From contig CBDBBI010000010.1 of assembly GCA_965202625.1 (NCBI GenBank), positions 1,760,001 through 1,824,000 of the forward strand: a DNA stretch of 64,000 nucleotides, in the 5' to 3' direction. The position numbers and the translations under genes are program-made. Below are positions 39,076-49,681 of the stretch, one piece after another; position 1 is the stretch's first letter; the number at the start of each line of letters is the position of its first letter. The notes under the pieces were generated by a model, which saw nothing but the letters and a program-made list of their open reading frames with translations, had not been told where the DNA came from and did no database searches. Source of the DNA: a bacterium (lineage in GTDB: Bacteria; UBA8248).

Positions 39076-39136
39076 TTCTCCTTGGTTTTCCCGTGCCGCG
39101 TCAACATCGCCCGCAGCTCGCCTGCGAGGAGGGTTA

Positions 39137-40720
39137 TTAAAGTCCTCGTTCGATCAGGTATTCCACCGGATTGTAATCGTCCGTCAAAACAGGACCATAC
39201 AAAAGCGGGGTGGGCGGCGCCACGCGCGCGCGCGCGGCGAACGCGAATTCCGGGTCGGCGCGCACCCGCTTCCGGACGCGGCCGAAGCGGCGCGTATCCT
39301 CATCACGAAACCCAAAAATCAAAATGTTTTGCGCCAAGGACGGCGCGAATGGCTCCGTGCTGTAGATGAACATATCCGAAAACACTTTTTGCATGGTTCG
39401 ATAGACAGACGCGTATATCGCGCTTCCAGGACCCGAGCGGTAGGCAATCAAGTTGAGCATGAACACACCGCCAGGCGCTAGGCGCGCGCGCGCTTCTTCG
39501 AAAAACTCCCGCGTGATCAGATGAGGAGGGATGTTCCGCAATCCACGATAGGCGTCACCCACGATGAGGTCGTAAGTTCGCTTCGAGCGCCTGAGAATGC
39601 GTCTGCCGTCTCCCACAATCGTCTCGATCTCTGGAAACGCCCCGAGCCGAAAAAACTTCCCTCCCACCTCGATGACGTCCTCGTCCAGCTCGGCCACGGT
39701 GATGGAGACGTCCGGCCGTATAAGATGAAGCGCTTTGGGCATCGTAAAGGCGCCGCCGCCGATGAATATGGCGCTCTTCATATGGGGGGCGAACAGCGGC
39801 GCCAGCTTCAAAAACCGAGTGTATTCATAATAAAAACTTCTCTCATCGTCCACGACCATCGCCCCCTCGGGCTGATGGTCGAGATACATCTCGCGCACCC
39901 TCGGGCCGCCCGTCTGAGCGCTCTCGATCACGCGAATCATGTGGTAGATGTTCTCCCGCGCCCAGACCGTCTCCTCCCCGATACCGGGTATGGCGCGCAG
40001 CCAAGCGACGCCCGTCAGCATCGACAGTAAGACGAACGCGGCCAGAAGCAGGCTCGTCCTCGCGTTTCGCTTCGAGAAGAAGTTCCCGAGATCGCCGGAG
40101 AGATAAAGTCCCAAGAGCGCCGTTAAAGCCAGAGCGGACGCCGTCGTCAGGAAAATTCCGTTCAGTCCGAAGAGAGGGATGAAGAAAAAACCCGTCGCAA
40201 ACGTGCCAACGATGCTTCCGACGGTGGACCAAGTGAAGAGGCTTCCCGTCACCGCTCCCAGTCTCTTATCTTCCCGCACCGCGAGCTTCACCGCGAAGGG
40301 CGTCAGGGTGGCGAGGGCGCAACTCGGCGCGACGAAAAGGAGAAGTCCGGCGAAAATCGGCCCAGAGCGCAGGCTGAGACCTTTCTCCAGCGACGGAAGC
40401 AGAAGCCCCCTCAGAGCCGGCGTCAGGGCCACCAAGCTCGCCCCGCCCAGCATGAGCAGGAAAAACAGTCTGCCTGAGGGCCTTTGATCCGCGAGTCTTC
40501 CGCCAATGGAATAGCCTAAGCTCAGCGCGGCCAGAATGATGCCGATCAGCGATGTCCACGTGTAGAGCGTGTTGCCGAAATGAGGGGCGAGCACGCGCCC
40601 CGCCGCGATTTCCAGAACGAGAATCGAGCCTCCAGAGAGAAAAACCGCGAAGTGCAAATACCAGCCTGCCACCTTCTTTTCTTTCGCGGCCTCTGGCGAT
40701 CGGTTGTGCCGTTTGGCCAC
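39137..40720 (-). CDS. Fused membrane domain / spermidine synthase-like methyltransferase
   Basis: N-terminal TM domain (STVGSIVGTF), IGGGAFT SAM motif, PPHLITREF, LTDDYNPVE. Confidence 0.88.
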   Translation of the reverse strand: MAKRHNRSPEAAKEKKVAGWYLHFAVFLSGGSILVLEIAAGRVLAPHFGNTLYTWTSLIGIILAALSLGYSIGGRLADQRPSGRLFFLLMLGGASLVALTPALRGLLLPSLEKGLSLRSGPIFAGLLLFVAPSCALATLTPFAVKLAVREDKRLGAVTGSLFTWSTVGSIVGTFATGFFFIPLFGLNGIFLTTASALALTALLGLYLSGDLGNFFSKRNARTSLLLAAFVLLSMLTGVAWLRAIPGIGEETVWARENIYHMIRVIESAQTGGPRVREMYLDHQPEGAMVVDDERSFYYEYTRFLKLAPLFAPHMKSAIFIGGGAFTMPKALHLIRPDVSITVAELDEDVIEVGGKFFRLGAFPEIETIVGDGRRILRRSKRTYDLIVGDAYRGLRNIPPHLITREFFEEARARLAPGGVFMLNLIAYRSGPGSAIYASVYRTMQKVFSDMFIYSTEPFAPSLAQNILIFGFRDEDTRRFGRVRKRVRADPEFAFAARARVAPPTPLLYGPVLTDDYNPVEYLIERGL

Positions 40721-40884
40721 GTCTCATCCCTCAAAAAACGAAAAAGTGTACTTTAAAATAATCTACCCCCAGAGGCAAGCCTCGGCCCCATCTAGATTTT
40801 TTCGAATCAATACCGCATAAATGGGATCCAGCTTGTGCGAAGGTGCGCGTCGAGGATTTTGTCTGAAAAAGAGAGTGACTCATT

Positions 40885-41577
40885 TTGGCTTTCTCCGAAA
40901 AAGTGTATCCGTCATCCAAAACCGCCATCGCCGACGTTCCCGATGGCGCCACCATACTGCTGGGTGGGTTCGGCGGCGCGGGAATTCCAGAAAATCTCCT
41001 CGTTGCCATGGCGGCGCATCCCTCTCGCAACCTCACCGTCGTCACCAACCACGCGGGCTTTGGCGAGCGCGGCCTGGCCGTTCTGCTTAGGCAGGGTAAG
41101 GTGAAAAAAATCATTTGCAGCTACGCGTTCCACAAAAGCGCATTTGTATTCAGGGAGTTGTATCTGGAGGGAAAAATCGAACTCGAACAGATTCCCCAAG
41201 GAACCATGGCCGAGAGAATCCGGGCGGCGGGGGCGGGGATTCCCGGCTTCTACACACCCACCGGCGTTGGCACGCAGGCCGCGCAGGGAAAGGAGACCCG
41301 CACGATAAGCGGTCGCAAGGTTCTGCTGGAATACCCCCTACCCGGAGACGTCGCCATTATCAAGGCGCATCGTGCCGACAGAGCGGGGAACCTCACCTAC
41401 CGGGGCACGGCCGGAAACTTTAACCCCGTCATGGCGACGGCCGCTCCGCTCACCATCGCCGAGGTGGAGGAGATCGTGGAGACTGGCGTCATCGCGCCTG
41501 AACACGTGCATACGCCCTCCATTTATGTCCAAAGAATTGTGAGGGGAGAGGATATTGGCCTTCGCTCCGAGACTTAA
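40885..41577 (+). CDS. 3-oxoacid CoA-transferase subunit A
   Basis: GGFGGAGIPENL, PQGTMAERIRAAGAGI, NFNP. Confidence 0.93.
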   Translation: MAFSEKVYPSSKTAIADVPDGATILLGGFGGAGIPENLLVAMAAHPSRNLTVVTNHAGFGERGLAVLLRQGKVKKIICSYAFHKSAFVFRELYLEGKIELEQIPQGTMAERIRAAGAGIPGFYTPTGVGTQAAQGKETRTISGRKVLLEYPLPGDVAIIKAHRADRAGNLTYRGTAGNFNPVMATAAPLTIAEVEEIVETGVIAPEHVHTPSIYVQRIVRGEDIGLRSET

Positions 41578-42250
41578 GCGCCACGCGCTCAAGCCCGCCG
41601 ACATCGCGCGGCGCGTGGCGGCCGAGTTGCCCGACCACGCCGTGGTGAACCTAGGAATCGGCGTACCCACGCTGGTGGCGAACTATGTGGACGCGGCGCG
41701 CAGCGTGATGTTCATGGCGGAGAACGGAATCATCGGAGCCGGTCCCAGGCCTCCGGCCGGACAGGAGGACAAGGACTACATCAACGCCTCCCGAGAACCT
41801 ATCACCACTCTTCCAGGTGCGTCCGTGTTCGGGCACGCCGACGCCTTCGCCATGATACGCGGCGGCCATGTGGGCATCGCCGTCATGGGAGCCCTACAAG
41901 TCTCCGCGCGAGGCGACCTGGCAAACTGGACTGTACCGGGACTGGGCAAGGGCGGCATTGGCGGCGCGATGGACCTGGCAGCAGGCGCCCTTGAGGTGTA
42001 CGCCATCATGACCCACACCATGAAAGACGGCGGATTGAAACTCTTGAACAAATGCACCTATCCCCTCACCGCCCGAGGGGTGGTCGTCAAGCTCTTCACA
42101 GACATCGCGTTCATCGAGTTCACTCCGGATGGCCCACATCTCAAGGAAGCAGCCGACGGCTTGACGAGAGAGGACGTGCAGGAGGTGAGCGAGCCTCCAC
42201 TCATCACGACGGGACCGATTGGCGCCATGACACGCGAGGATGCGCCATGA
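41555..42250 (+). CDS. 3-oxoacid CoA-transferase subunit B
   Basis: VNLGIGVPT, AENG, GDLANW, GGAMDL. Confidence 0.93.
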   Translation: MAFAPRLKRHALKPADIARRVAAELPDHAVVNLGIGVPTLVANYVDAARSVMFMAENGIIGAGPRPPAGQEDKDYINASREPITTLPGASVFGHADAFAMIRGGHVGIAVMGALQVSARGDLANWTVPGLGKGGIGGAMDLAAGALEVYAIMTHTMKDGGLKLLNKCTYPLTARGVVVKLFTDIAFIEFTPDGPHLKEAADGLTREDVQEVSEPPLITTGPIGAMTREDAP

Positions 42251-43369
42251 CGCGCGCGGGCAGCGGTCTCTCCTCCCTTTCAGATTCTCCGGCCGCTGCA
42301 AAAGAAGCACTTGAGGAAGCCATGGCGGAGGCGGGGATCGACGACGCCTCCCTCCCTCGCATTCGTATTCGCGACGCCTGCTCACCTGAAACGATGGCAG
42401 AAGTCGTCGCCCTGCAAGAGGGAACAGGCGGAGCGCGGATCGTCGGCTGCACCGGTTTTGGCGTCATGACGGCCGAAGGCGAGATCGAGCGAAAACCAGG
42501 AATGTCGATTCTCATCATCGGTGGCAACGGTCCGCACGCCGCGCCCTTTCTGGTCGAGGGACTCCAAAAAGCGCCCCTTGCGAGCGGACGCGCTCCTCAA
42601 GGGAATTCGCGAAGAACTAGGGAGCGCGAAGCCATCATCGTGGGAGGCGGCGCGGCGGAGGATGGCTCTTTAGGGAAAACCTTGCAATTTTTAGATGGGA
42701 AGGCACGAACCAACACCGTATCCGGCGTCGTATTCGCGGGCAGGCGTGAGACGATTTATTGGAATATCTCAAGCGTACTTGCCAGAGGGAGAGCCGAAGC
42801 TCATGACGCGGTCGGAGGAGAACGTCGTCTGGGAAATTTCCGGCAAACGCGCTTTCGACGTCTTCGCCGAAGCAGCCGTCCCGAAATGGATGGAAAATGT
42901 CGAGCGCGCCATCATAAATCTATTATCGCTATTCGGGGGGATCCGGATCAAGTCGCGCTCGACCATGGCGACTATGTCGTCAGGCCCATCGTGGGCGCGG
43001 ACACGAAGCGGGGCATCATAGCGCTGCCGACACCGGTGCGGACCGGCCAGGCCATCACCTTTGCCAGACGGGACGGGCGGGGCGCGCGAAAGGACTTTCA
43101 GGCCATGTTGGAGAAAGGGGCGCGCCGCTTCGTCGCCACCCACAGAGAAGACACGCGCGCGTTCGGCCTGTATTTTAATAATTTGCGCTGGCCGGGGCAG
43201 CGCGCTCTACGGCGAGGCGTACGTAGACGCCAAGGCGATTCGAGAGAAGACAAAAGGACTGCCAGTCGCCAGTTTCTTCACAGGCTCAGAGATTGCGCCC
43301 ATCAAAGACATCGACCACCTCCACCAGTATTCCGGCGTGCTGGTGCTCGTGGGAAAGGAATCTGATTAA
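42247..43369 (+). pseudogene. FIST signal-transduction domain protein, multiple frameshifts
   Basis: IVGCTGFG and VGGGA in one frame; GISQA..VVWEISGKRA in another; CAGRG..FFTGSEIAP in a third. Confidence 0.8.
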
Positions 43370-43403
43370 ACGAAAAAATTCCCCATCATTCATAGGAGCC
43401 CTT

Positions 43404-43832
43404 ATGGGATACAGCACGGGAGACCTCATCGTCACGACCCTCCACATCCTGAGCGCCATTTTGGCGGTTGGCGGCGTGGCTTTTATCCGCTTCGTACTCA
43501 TACCGACGGCTAATGGACTGCCAGAGTCCGAGCGACGCGCATTTCTGGAGAGGGTCCAGAAAAAATTCACGCCGATTTTACATGGCTCCTTTCTGGTGTT
43601 GATACTGACGGGACTTCATCACGTCACCCGCCTCATTCAGAGGGGACTCACGATTCCGGAATCGCTGATCGTGAAGATCGTTCTGGCGCTCGTCATCATT
43701 TTCATAGGCGTTGCGCTCACCCTCCCAAGCGGCTTCGACGGACTGAAGGCGAAGCGCAAGAGCTGGCTCTTGCTTAATCTTATCCTCGCTCTCATCGTCG
43801 TCTATCTGGGTGTCTCTGTCGCCCACGGATAG
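43404..43832 (+). CDS. Small 4-TM membrane protein (CopD-like)
   Basis: LHILSAILAVGG..F..FVLIP; hydrophobic; AGGAG RBS. Confidence 0.75.
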   Translation: MGYSTGDLIVTTLHILSAILAVGGVAFIRFVLIPTANGLPESERRAFLERVQKKFTPILHGSFLVLILTGLHHVTRLIQRGLTIPESLIVKIVLALVIIFIGVALTLPSGFDGLKAKRKSWLLLNLILALIVVYLGVSVAHG

Positions 43833-43857
43833 CATTTTCAGGGGGGGAGCGCACGCG

Positions 43858-44859
43858 ATGCGGGCAAGCTGGTATGAACGCAAGGGCCGCGCGCGCGAGG
43901 TGGTCGAAATCGGGGAGATGAAAACGCCCGAGCCCGCCCCCGGAGAGGTGCGGGTGCGGCTTCGCGCGTCGGGCGTCAACCCGACGGACTGCAAGCGCCG
44001 CGCCGGCCAGGGGTCGGAGGACTGGGGCTATTTTCGGCATTTTCCGGATTATCCGAGAATCATTCCCCATAACGATGGCGCGGGCGTAGTGGACAAACTC
44101 GGGACGGGCGCGACCAGCTACGTGATCGGCGATCGAGTATGGGTTTACAACGCGCGCTACAAGCGCGCGTTCGGCACCTCGGCGCAATACATTTGCTTGC
44201 CAGCCAAACTCTTGGTTCGTCTGCCCGAAGAGACCACATTCGCGCAGGGGGCGTGCCTCGGCGTCCCCGCCATGACGGCCCACCGCAGCCTGTTCGCGGA
44301 TGGTCCCATCGTCGGCAGGACGATCCTGGTGACCGGCGGCGCCGGGCGCGTGGGCAACTACGCAGTGCAGCTGGCCAAATGGGGGGGCGCGCGGGTCATC
44401 ACCACGGTGAGTTCCGAGGCGAAGGCGAGGCGGGCGGCGTCCGCCGATCACGTCATCAACTACCGAGAGGAGGACCCGGTCCAAAAAATACTGGAGATCA
44501 CGGCCGGCGCGGGCGTCGACCGCGTCCTCGACGTGAACTTGGGCGTGAACTGGGAGATGAACTACAAAATCTTAAAAATAGGTGGAATCATCGCCTCCTA
44601 TTCATCCATGGGAGACCGGACGCCTCGGTTTCCCCACTACGAACTCATGCTCAACAATATCACCATTCGTCTGGTGATGATTCATTGTTGCTCGCCCGAC
44701 GCCTTGACGCAGGCGGCGAGGGACCTCACCCGCGCGATGGAAGAAGGCGCGCTCTCCCACTACATCGCGAGGAGTTTTTCACTCGACGAACTCGCCAGCG
44801 CGCACGAGGCCGTAGAAGAGGGCGAACTCACCGGCAGCGTGGTGGTGCGGATCGACTAG
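43858..44859 (+). CDS. NADPH:quinone reductase (MDR family)
   Basis: GVNPTD, IPHNDGAG, GGAGRVG. Confidence 0.92.
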   Translation: MRASWYERKGRAREVVEIGEMKTPEPAPGEVRVRLRASGVNPTDCKRRAGQGSEDWGYFRHFPDYPRIIPHNDGAGVVDKLGTGATSYVIGDRVWVYNARYKRAFGTSAQYICLPAKLLVRLPEETTFAQGACLGVPAMTAHRSLFADGPIVGRTILVTGGAGRVGNYAVQLAKWGGARVITTVSSEAKARRAASADHVINYREEDPVQKILEITAGAGVDRVLDVNLGVNWEMNYKILKIGGIIASYSSMGDRTPRFPHYELMLNNITIRLVMIHCCSPDALTQAARDLTRAMEEGALSHYIARSFSLDELASAHEAVEEGELTGSVVVRID

Positions 44860-44867
44860 CCCGAGAT

Positions 44868-46109
44868 TCAGGCTGCGCCCCCGCGGGGCACAGCGTCCAG
44901 CTTTCTGATTCCCGTCTCCAAGGCGTCGAGCGTTTTGTCAATTTGCGCCTCTGTGTGCGTCGCCATGAAGGTGGCTCTGAGCCTGCTCGTACCCCGTGGC
45001 ACCGTAGGCGGGCGAATGGCCAGTAGATACACGCCCGCCTCCATTAGGTATTCGGCCAGTGCCAACGTCTTCTCGTTATCCTTGACGATGATCGGGAAAA
45101 TCGGAATTTCCGCGCCAGGGGGCGGATCGCAAATCGCAACGCCAATATAGCGCAGCCCGGCGCGAAAACGCGCGCACAAATTCCTCAGGCTCTCCCTTCT
45201 GCGCTCCCCCTCAACTCCCTCGGAAAGACGAAGGGCAGCGCAGGAGACGGCGGCGGCGGCGGGAGGCAGGCTCGTTGAGTAGATATAGGGGCGAGCCTTG
45301 TTGATGAGATAATCCACCACATGGGAATCGGCACACGCGAAAGCGCCATAAGAGGCGAGTGCCTTACCCAGCGTGCCCATGGAGATGGAAACTTCCTCCT
45401 GTAACCCGAAATACGCGCCACAGCCCTTGCCTCCCGTACCAAGAACTCCCGTGCCATGCGCGTCGTCCACCAGCAACATAGCACCGTATTTTCGCGCGAG
45501 GAGACAAATGTCTGGCAACGGGGCCAAATCGCCATCCATGCTGAAAACCCCATCCGTCACGATGAGTTTCCGGCGCGCGGCGGACGCTTTTTTCAAGGCG
45601 TCCTCGAGAAAGTTCACGTTCGCGTGCGGATAAACGCGCACGCGTGCCCTGGAGAGCCGGCATCCGTCCACGATGCTCGCGTGATTAAGCGCGTCGCTGA
45701 AAATCACGTCCCCCTCGTCGATTAAAGAGGTGAGCAACCCCAGGTTCGCCAAGAAGCCCGATCCAAAAACGACTGCAGCGTCCTTTTCTTTGAACCTCGC
45801 CAGCGCGCTCGCCAGAAGCGCATGATCGGCCATGTGACCAGAGATCAAGGGCGAGGCGGACCCGCTCGTTCCCGAGGCTCTCACGGCCTCCACCGACGCT
45901 TCGATAAGCGCAGGGTAGTTGGCAAAGCCCAGATAGTTGTTGCTGGAGAGGTTGATGAGGGTCCTCTCCCCATGACGCATGGTGGGCCCCTGCATCCCAT
46001 CAAGGGTGCGCAGGCACCGATGTAGGTTCGCATCCACGAGCCCGCGCAACTCATCATCCAGTTGCGTCTTCCAGTCCAGTGCAGCCGTCTCGATTCTCTC
46101 CTCATCCAT
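44868..46109 (-). CDS. bioF: 8-amino-7-oxononanoate synthase
   Basis: SSNNYLG, DALNHASIVDG, FSMDGD, DDAHG, GTLGKA, IRPPTVP. Confidence 0.93.
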   Translation of the reverse strand: MDEERIETAALDWKTQLDDELRGLVDANLHRCLRTLDGMQGPTMRHGERTLINLSSNNYLGFANYPALIEASVEAVRASGTSGSASPLISGHMADHALLASALARFKEKDAAVVFGSGFLANLGLLTSLIDEGDVIFSDALNHASIVDGCRLSRARVRVYPHANVNFLEDALKKASAARRKLIVTDGVFSMDGDLAPLPDICLLARKYGAMLLVDDAHGTGVLGTGGKGCGAYFGLQEEVSISMGTLGKALASYGAFACADSHVVDYLINKARPYIYSTSLPPAAAAVSCAALRLSEGVEGERRRESLRNLCARFRAGLRYIGVAICDPPPGAEIPIFPIIVKDNEKTLALAEYLMEAGVYLLAIRPPTVPRGTSRLRATFMATHTEAQIDKTLDALETGIRKLDAVPRGGAA

Positions 46110-46238
46110 CCGTCCATTATAGAAAAATAGGAGGGGCCGAAAAAGCCGGAGAGCGCAGCCCTTGCGCCGAAGGTGGAACGGTGTCATTTTTCATGAAATT
46201 TCGTCCGCACGTATTCATCTCACATTGAGGAGTCTCCC

Positions 46239-46550
46239 TTGAACTGGCTTTGGGTCACGGGGGGCGGGGCGATCGGCAGCACTCTGCGTTACGGACTCAC
46301 TCTCAGCGTCCGCAGATGGCTAGGCGGGAACTGGCCTTTCGGGACGCTGACGGCCAACCTCCTGGGCTCTTTCACTATCGGATGGATATTCCATCTTCTC
46401 GGCGAGGGGCCCCCGCCTATTCGTCATCGCCGGTCTGCTGGGCGGATTCAACACCTTCTCCGCCTGCTTCAGGAAGGTGCCTGGCTTCCGGCCGCTCTCT
46501 ACATCGTGCTCTCGCTCCCAGGGGGGTGCCTGCTCGCCTCCTCGTTCGCG
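46239..46550 (+). pseudogene. crcB: Fluoride channel Fluc/CrcB, degraded (end approximate)
   Basis: GGAIGSTLRY, PFGTLTANLLGSF; the GLLGGFNTFS motif at 46432 is out of frame. Confidence 0.8.
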
Positions 46551-47169
46551 GGACCCATCAAATCGATCTCCACTCTCCCCCATCGACTTGCAAAACCGCT
46601 CCTAATATGTAGCTCGCTGGTGAGAAAAACCACGGCCGCCGCGAATTCGTCCACCTCGCCCAGGCGGCCCATGGCGATGTCTTTCGTCACCTCCGCATCC
46701 GCCTCCTCTTCGGTGCGGCCGCTGTCTCTCCCCATGCGAGCAATGCGCTCCGGCCAAGGATTTCGTATACTTCAGGAGCACCGCCTTCGAGACGTTCGAC
46801 ACCACGCGGCGGGGGCGGTTGCCGGCTGCTCGTGGAGCACGTCGTGATGATGCAGCCCCATCTCTGCTTTCGCATGCAGGGGATGACCAGACAGATGAGC
46901 TCCGAAGCTGCGTATAGGATGCTCTCCATCGCTCTCTCCCGGTCAGCGCGTTCGATGTCCAAGAAATCCTTAGTCATGCTCACGCCGGCGTTGCTCACGA
47001 GAACATGAACGATACCGAAGTGAGCGACCCTCTCCTCTAACACCCAGGCGACCTCCTCGCCCCTCGCGCAGATGCAAACGTCGCACCCTTCCCGCGCGAG
47101 CTCCCTGGCACCGAGGCCCACGCTCGCACCGGTCATGATGGTGGCCTCCCCCCTCAAGCCCAAATCCAT
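46550..47169 (-). pseudogene. SDR family oxidoreductase, degraded (end approximate)
   Basis: TGASVGLG, VSNAG, SNVSKA and MGRLGEVDEFAAAVVFL are spread over three frames with deletions. Confidence 0.8.
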
Positions 47170-47400
47170 TTTGCCTGCTCCTCACATTCCAGGCGGGATG
47201 AAAGTATAAGTTGACAGAGCAGCCGAACGCGCTTTTATGATTATTATAATTGTGTTATGCGTGCAGCATGCTCCACAGGGGCGGGGAGCGGTGGGTGCTG
47301 AAGCATCCGGTTTCCGGCGATGCGAAAACGCTTGATGAGGATGAAATGCCCATACGCCCACCGCGAGAGCCAGGAATTCCAACGCCTGAAAGAGGGAAAC

Positions 47401-47673
47401 ATGACGGACCGCGCCGATTTTCGTCAGTTCTACCGGGACACCCATCAAGTGGACTTGCTCACCGAGCGCGAGAAAAAGCTCATCGGCCTAACCATCGCCA
47501 TCGTGCGCAACTGCCAGCCGTGAGTGGACCGTCGCCTGGCGGACGCCGGGCGAGCGGGCATCGCCGAGGAGACGCTCGACGCCGCCTTTGACCTCACAGC
47601 CGCCGTCATGGCCGGAATCGCCCAGAGTATGAACCAGCGCTACAAGGCGTCTCGGGAACAAGACACTTCCTAG
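47401..47673 (+). CDS. AhpD/carboxymuconolactone decarboxylase-like selenoprotein (UGA at 47521-47523)
   Basis: LTEREKKLIGLTIAIVRNCQP-UGA-VDRRLADAGRAGIAEETL; CxxU at the CxxC position; open to TAG 47673. Confidence 0.8.
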
Positions 47674-47686
47674 GAAACCACAGGCG

Positions 47687-48235
47687 ATGGAGTGGTTCAA
47701 AAAATTTCTGGAGTTCGACGACCAAAACCGGCTCATGCCATGGAAGAGAAAAAGACCGGAGCCGCAAGGGGAGGCGCCCGAGGATCATCCCAGCGTCTCC
47801 ATCAAGCCGGGCTGGTATTTCATGATGTATTTCATCATCGGAGTCGGTTTCGACACCCTGTTTCCCACTGACGCTTTCTCCGAGAACGTCCGTTTCACGC
47901 TCGGGGTGAGTCTGGTGCTTCTGGGGGCGATCCTCAATGCATCCGCCACGCGCCGCTTCAGGAGGGCCCATACGCACCATGAGGTTGACAAGCCGGCGCG
48001 CGCCCTCATCACAGATGGTCCCTACCGTTTCTCCCGAAATCCGATCTATCTGGGCTTCATTGCCCTCTATCTTGGGTTGGGAGTTTTTCTCAACAACCTT
48101 TGGATATTCGTCCTGGGCGCTCCCTTGACCCTCACGATCCAGGTCGTGATCGCCTCGCGCGAGGAGGATTATCTCGAAGGGAAATTCGGCGAGGAATACC
48201 GCGCCTATCGAGAGAGGGTGCGCCGCTGGCTCTGA
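47687..48235 (+). CDS. Isoprenylcysteine carboxyl methyltransferase/PEMT family membrane protein
   Basis: LITDGPYRFSRNPIYLG, EEDYLEGKFGEEYRAYRERVRRWL. Confidence 0.9.
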   Translation: MEWFKKFLEFDDQNRLMPWKRKRPEPQGEAPEDHPSVSIKPGWYFMMYFIIGVGFDTLFPTDAFSENVRFTLGVSLVLLGAILNASATRRFRRAHTHHEVDKPARALITDGPYRFSRNPIYLGFIALYLGLGVFLNNLWIFVLGAPLTLTIQVVIASREEDYLEGKFGEEYRAYRERVRRWL

Positions 48236-48293
48236 CGCGCATCATGGCGACATCCAAAAGTGTACGTTACTCGCGCCGCAAGGCCGACGGTTA

Positions 48294-48620
48294 CTACCTA
48301 TTGTATGTTTTTCGATCTGTGGAAATCAGATAGAGCATTTTACTGTAAGGAAGACGCATATAGATCGTCGCAATCTTTAATACTTTAACCATTACCAAGC
48401 TCCTGCAAAGTAGACTCACCCCGTTCTGAATGCGCTCACACATCGCATCGGCACTATCTATAAATTTGGTTTGATTCAGACGAGAAATGATGATGGTTCG
48501 CCCTTCTGGGACAGCACCAATAGGCTGGACAACGAATATGGTTATCTGAAAAGAAATGACAATCAAAATGATGACGATGATGATGGCGAGAGCACTAGCA
48601 TATTTTCCCCTGGCACTCAT
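48294..48620 (-). CDS. Hypothetical membrane-anchored protein (AT-rich)
   Basis: N-terminal TM, FVVQPIGAVPEG..FIDSADAMC..C; no family recognised. Confidence 0.6.
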   Translation of the reverse strand: MSARGKYASALAIIIVIILIVISFQITIFVVQPIGAVPEGRTIIISRLNQTKFIDSADAMCERIQNGVSLLCRSLVMVKVLKIATIYMRLPYSKMLYLISTDRKTYNR

Positions 48621-48622
48621 GA

Positions 48623-48937
48623 TCAGCGTATTAGCTCCCGACGTAGTGCTCTTTGCATACAAACCAAGTCGTGTACCTGGCCGTTTTGTTCATAAGCAGT
48701 TTGGTAGTGTTGCGCGGATAGAGAGCAATCACACCTTTGCTGACCGCGCATTTCACGTTCAAGAGCTTTTTGCATACAAACTACGTCCTTTACCCGTCCG
48801 CTGGTCTCATAGTGTGATTGATATGATTGCGCAGTATCTGGACAAGCACCCTATTTGGCTGCGCTTTCGGGCGCAACTAGCATGACCGAAAACCCGAAAA
48901 TTGTTGCGGACAGAAGGCTAACAAAATACCTCGATAA
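48623..48937 (-). pseudogene. Small secreted two-repeat Cys protein interrupted by TAG
   Basis: Signal-like LSRYFVSLLSATIFGFSVMLVAPESAAK, TAG at 48851-48853, then two CxxxAQxYQxxYExxGxVxDxVCMQxALxRE repeats. Confidence 0.65.
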
Positions 48938-49075
48938 TCAATTTCCCTTTATAACATTCGCAAATCAAATCTTTTTGCAGCGGGGATATGCCCTTCGGAT
49001 ACAGCCTTTCTCATCTCTCCTTTTGGGGTTATCGCAAGAATGAGAATATGAACCAAAGCTGCGGATCATTGAAGG

Positions 49076-49681
49076 CTAGCGCACTCCCTCGGGCTTGGGT
49101 CGCGCCTTTCGCCTCGCGATCTCTTCTTTCACCTCCGTGCTCGATTTCCCGTTCGTCTCGACGCCATACGCCTCGCCCACGCGGGTGTGTTTGTCCATCA
49201 GGCGCATGAAGGAGATGTCCGACAGCTCAGCAAGCACCATCTCGCACGTGCTGAAGATGGTGCACCCCTCCACAAGGTGGCCGCCAAAGCACGTCGCCTC
49301 GGGCCGACCCATGGATATGGTGACGTGCGCGTGGAGATAGGGCTCTCCGTCTTCGGTCTGGGTGACGTTGCCGCTCATTTGCAAGAGCTCGAGCGGGCCG
49401 TTGATCGGCGTAAAGATACGACACGCATCGTTGATGGGAAACGGATCGGGAAACTGCCAGACGTTTCTGAGCACCGCTTTTTGAAGACTCGCCGCCACGC
49501 TCAGGATGACGCCCGCCTTCACTCCCCTTTCCTGACAGATTTTGAGGGTCGTGCCGAACAAGTCGTCTCCCGGTGCCATTCGGATGGCAAGGACGCGACC
49601 GATGCCGGTCTCGGCCACGTCGTAGCGGGGCTGGCGCGTTTCCCAGTTGGATTTATCAAAATTCTGCAGTTTCCTCTCCAT
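49076..49681 (-). CDS. PPC domain / DUF296 protein
   Basis: ELLQMSGNV..HAHVTI..FGGHL. Confidence 0.88.
   Translation of the reverse strand: MERKLQNFDKSNWETRQPRYDVAETGIGRVLAIRMAPGDDLFGTTLKICQERGVKAGVILSVAASLQKAVLRNVWQFPDPFPINDACRIFTPINGPLELLQMSGNVTQTEDGEPYLHAHVTISMGRPEATCFGGHLVEGCTIFSTCEMVLAELSDISFMRLMDKHTRVGEAYGVETNGKSSTEVKEEIARRKARPKPEGVR

Noticed and set aside
42052-43365. 437-aa ORF as an intact FIST protein
   Set aside because: Conserved FIST segments leave and re-enter this frame, and the C-terminal motifs are in another frame
46110-46238. Fluoride riboswitch upstream of crcB
   Set aside because: No GATGG..GCTRATGAC consensus visible
47211-47250. TTGACA and TATGAT/TATAAT boxes upstream of the CMD selenoprotein
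   Set aside because: Spacers of 19 and 28 nt are off-consensus; too uncertain to call
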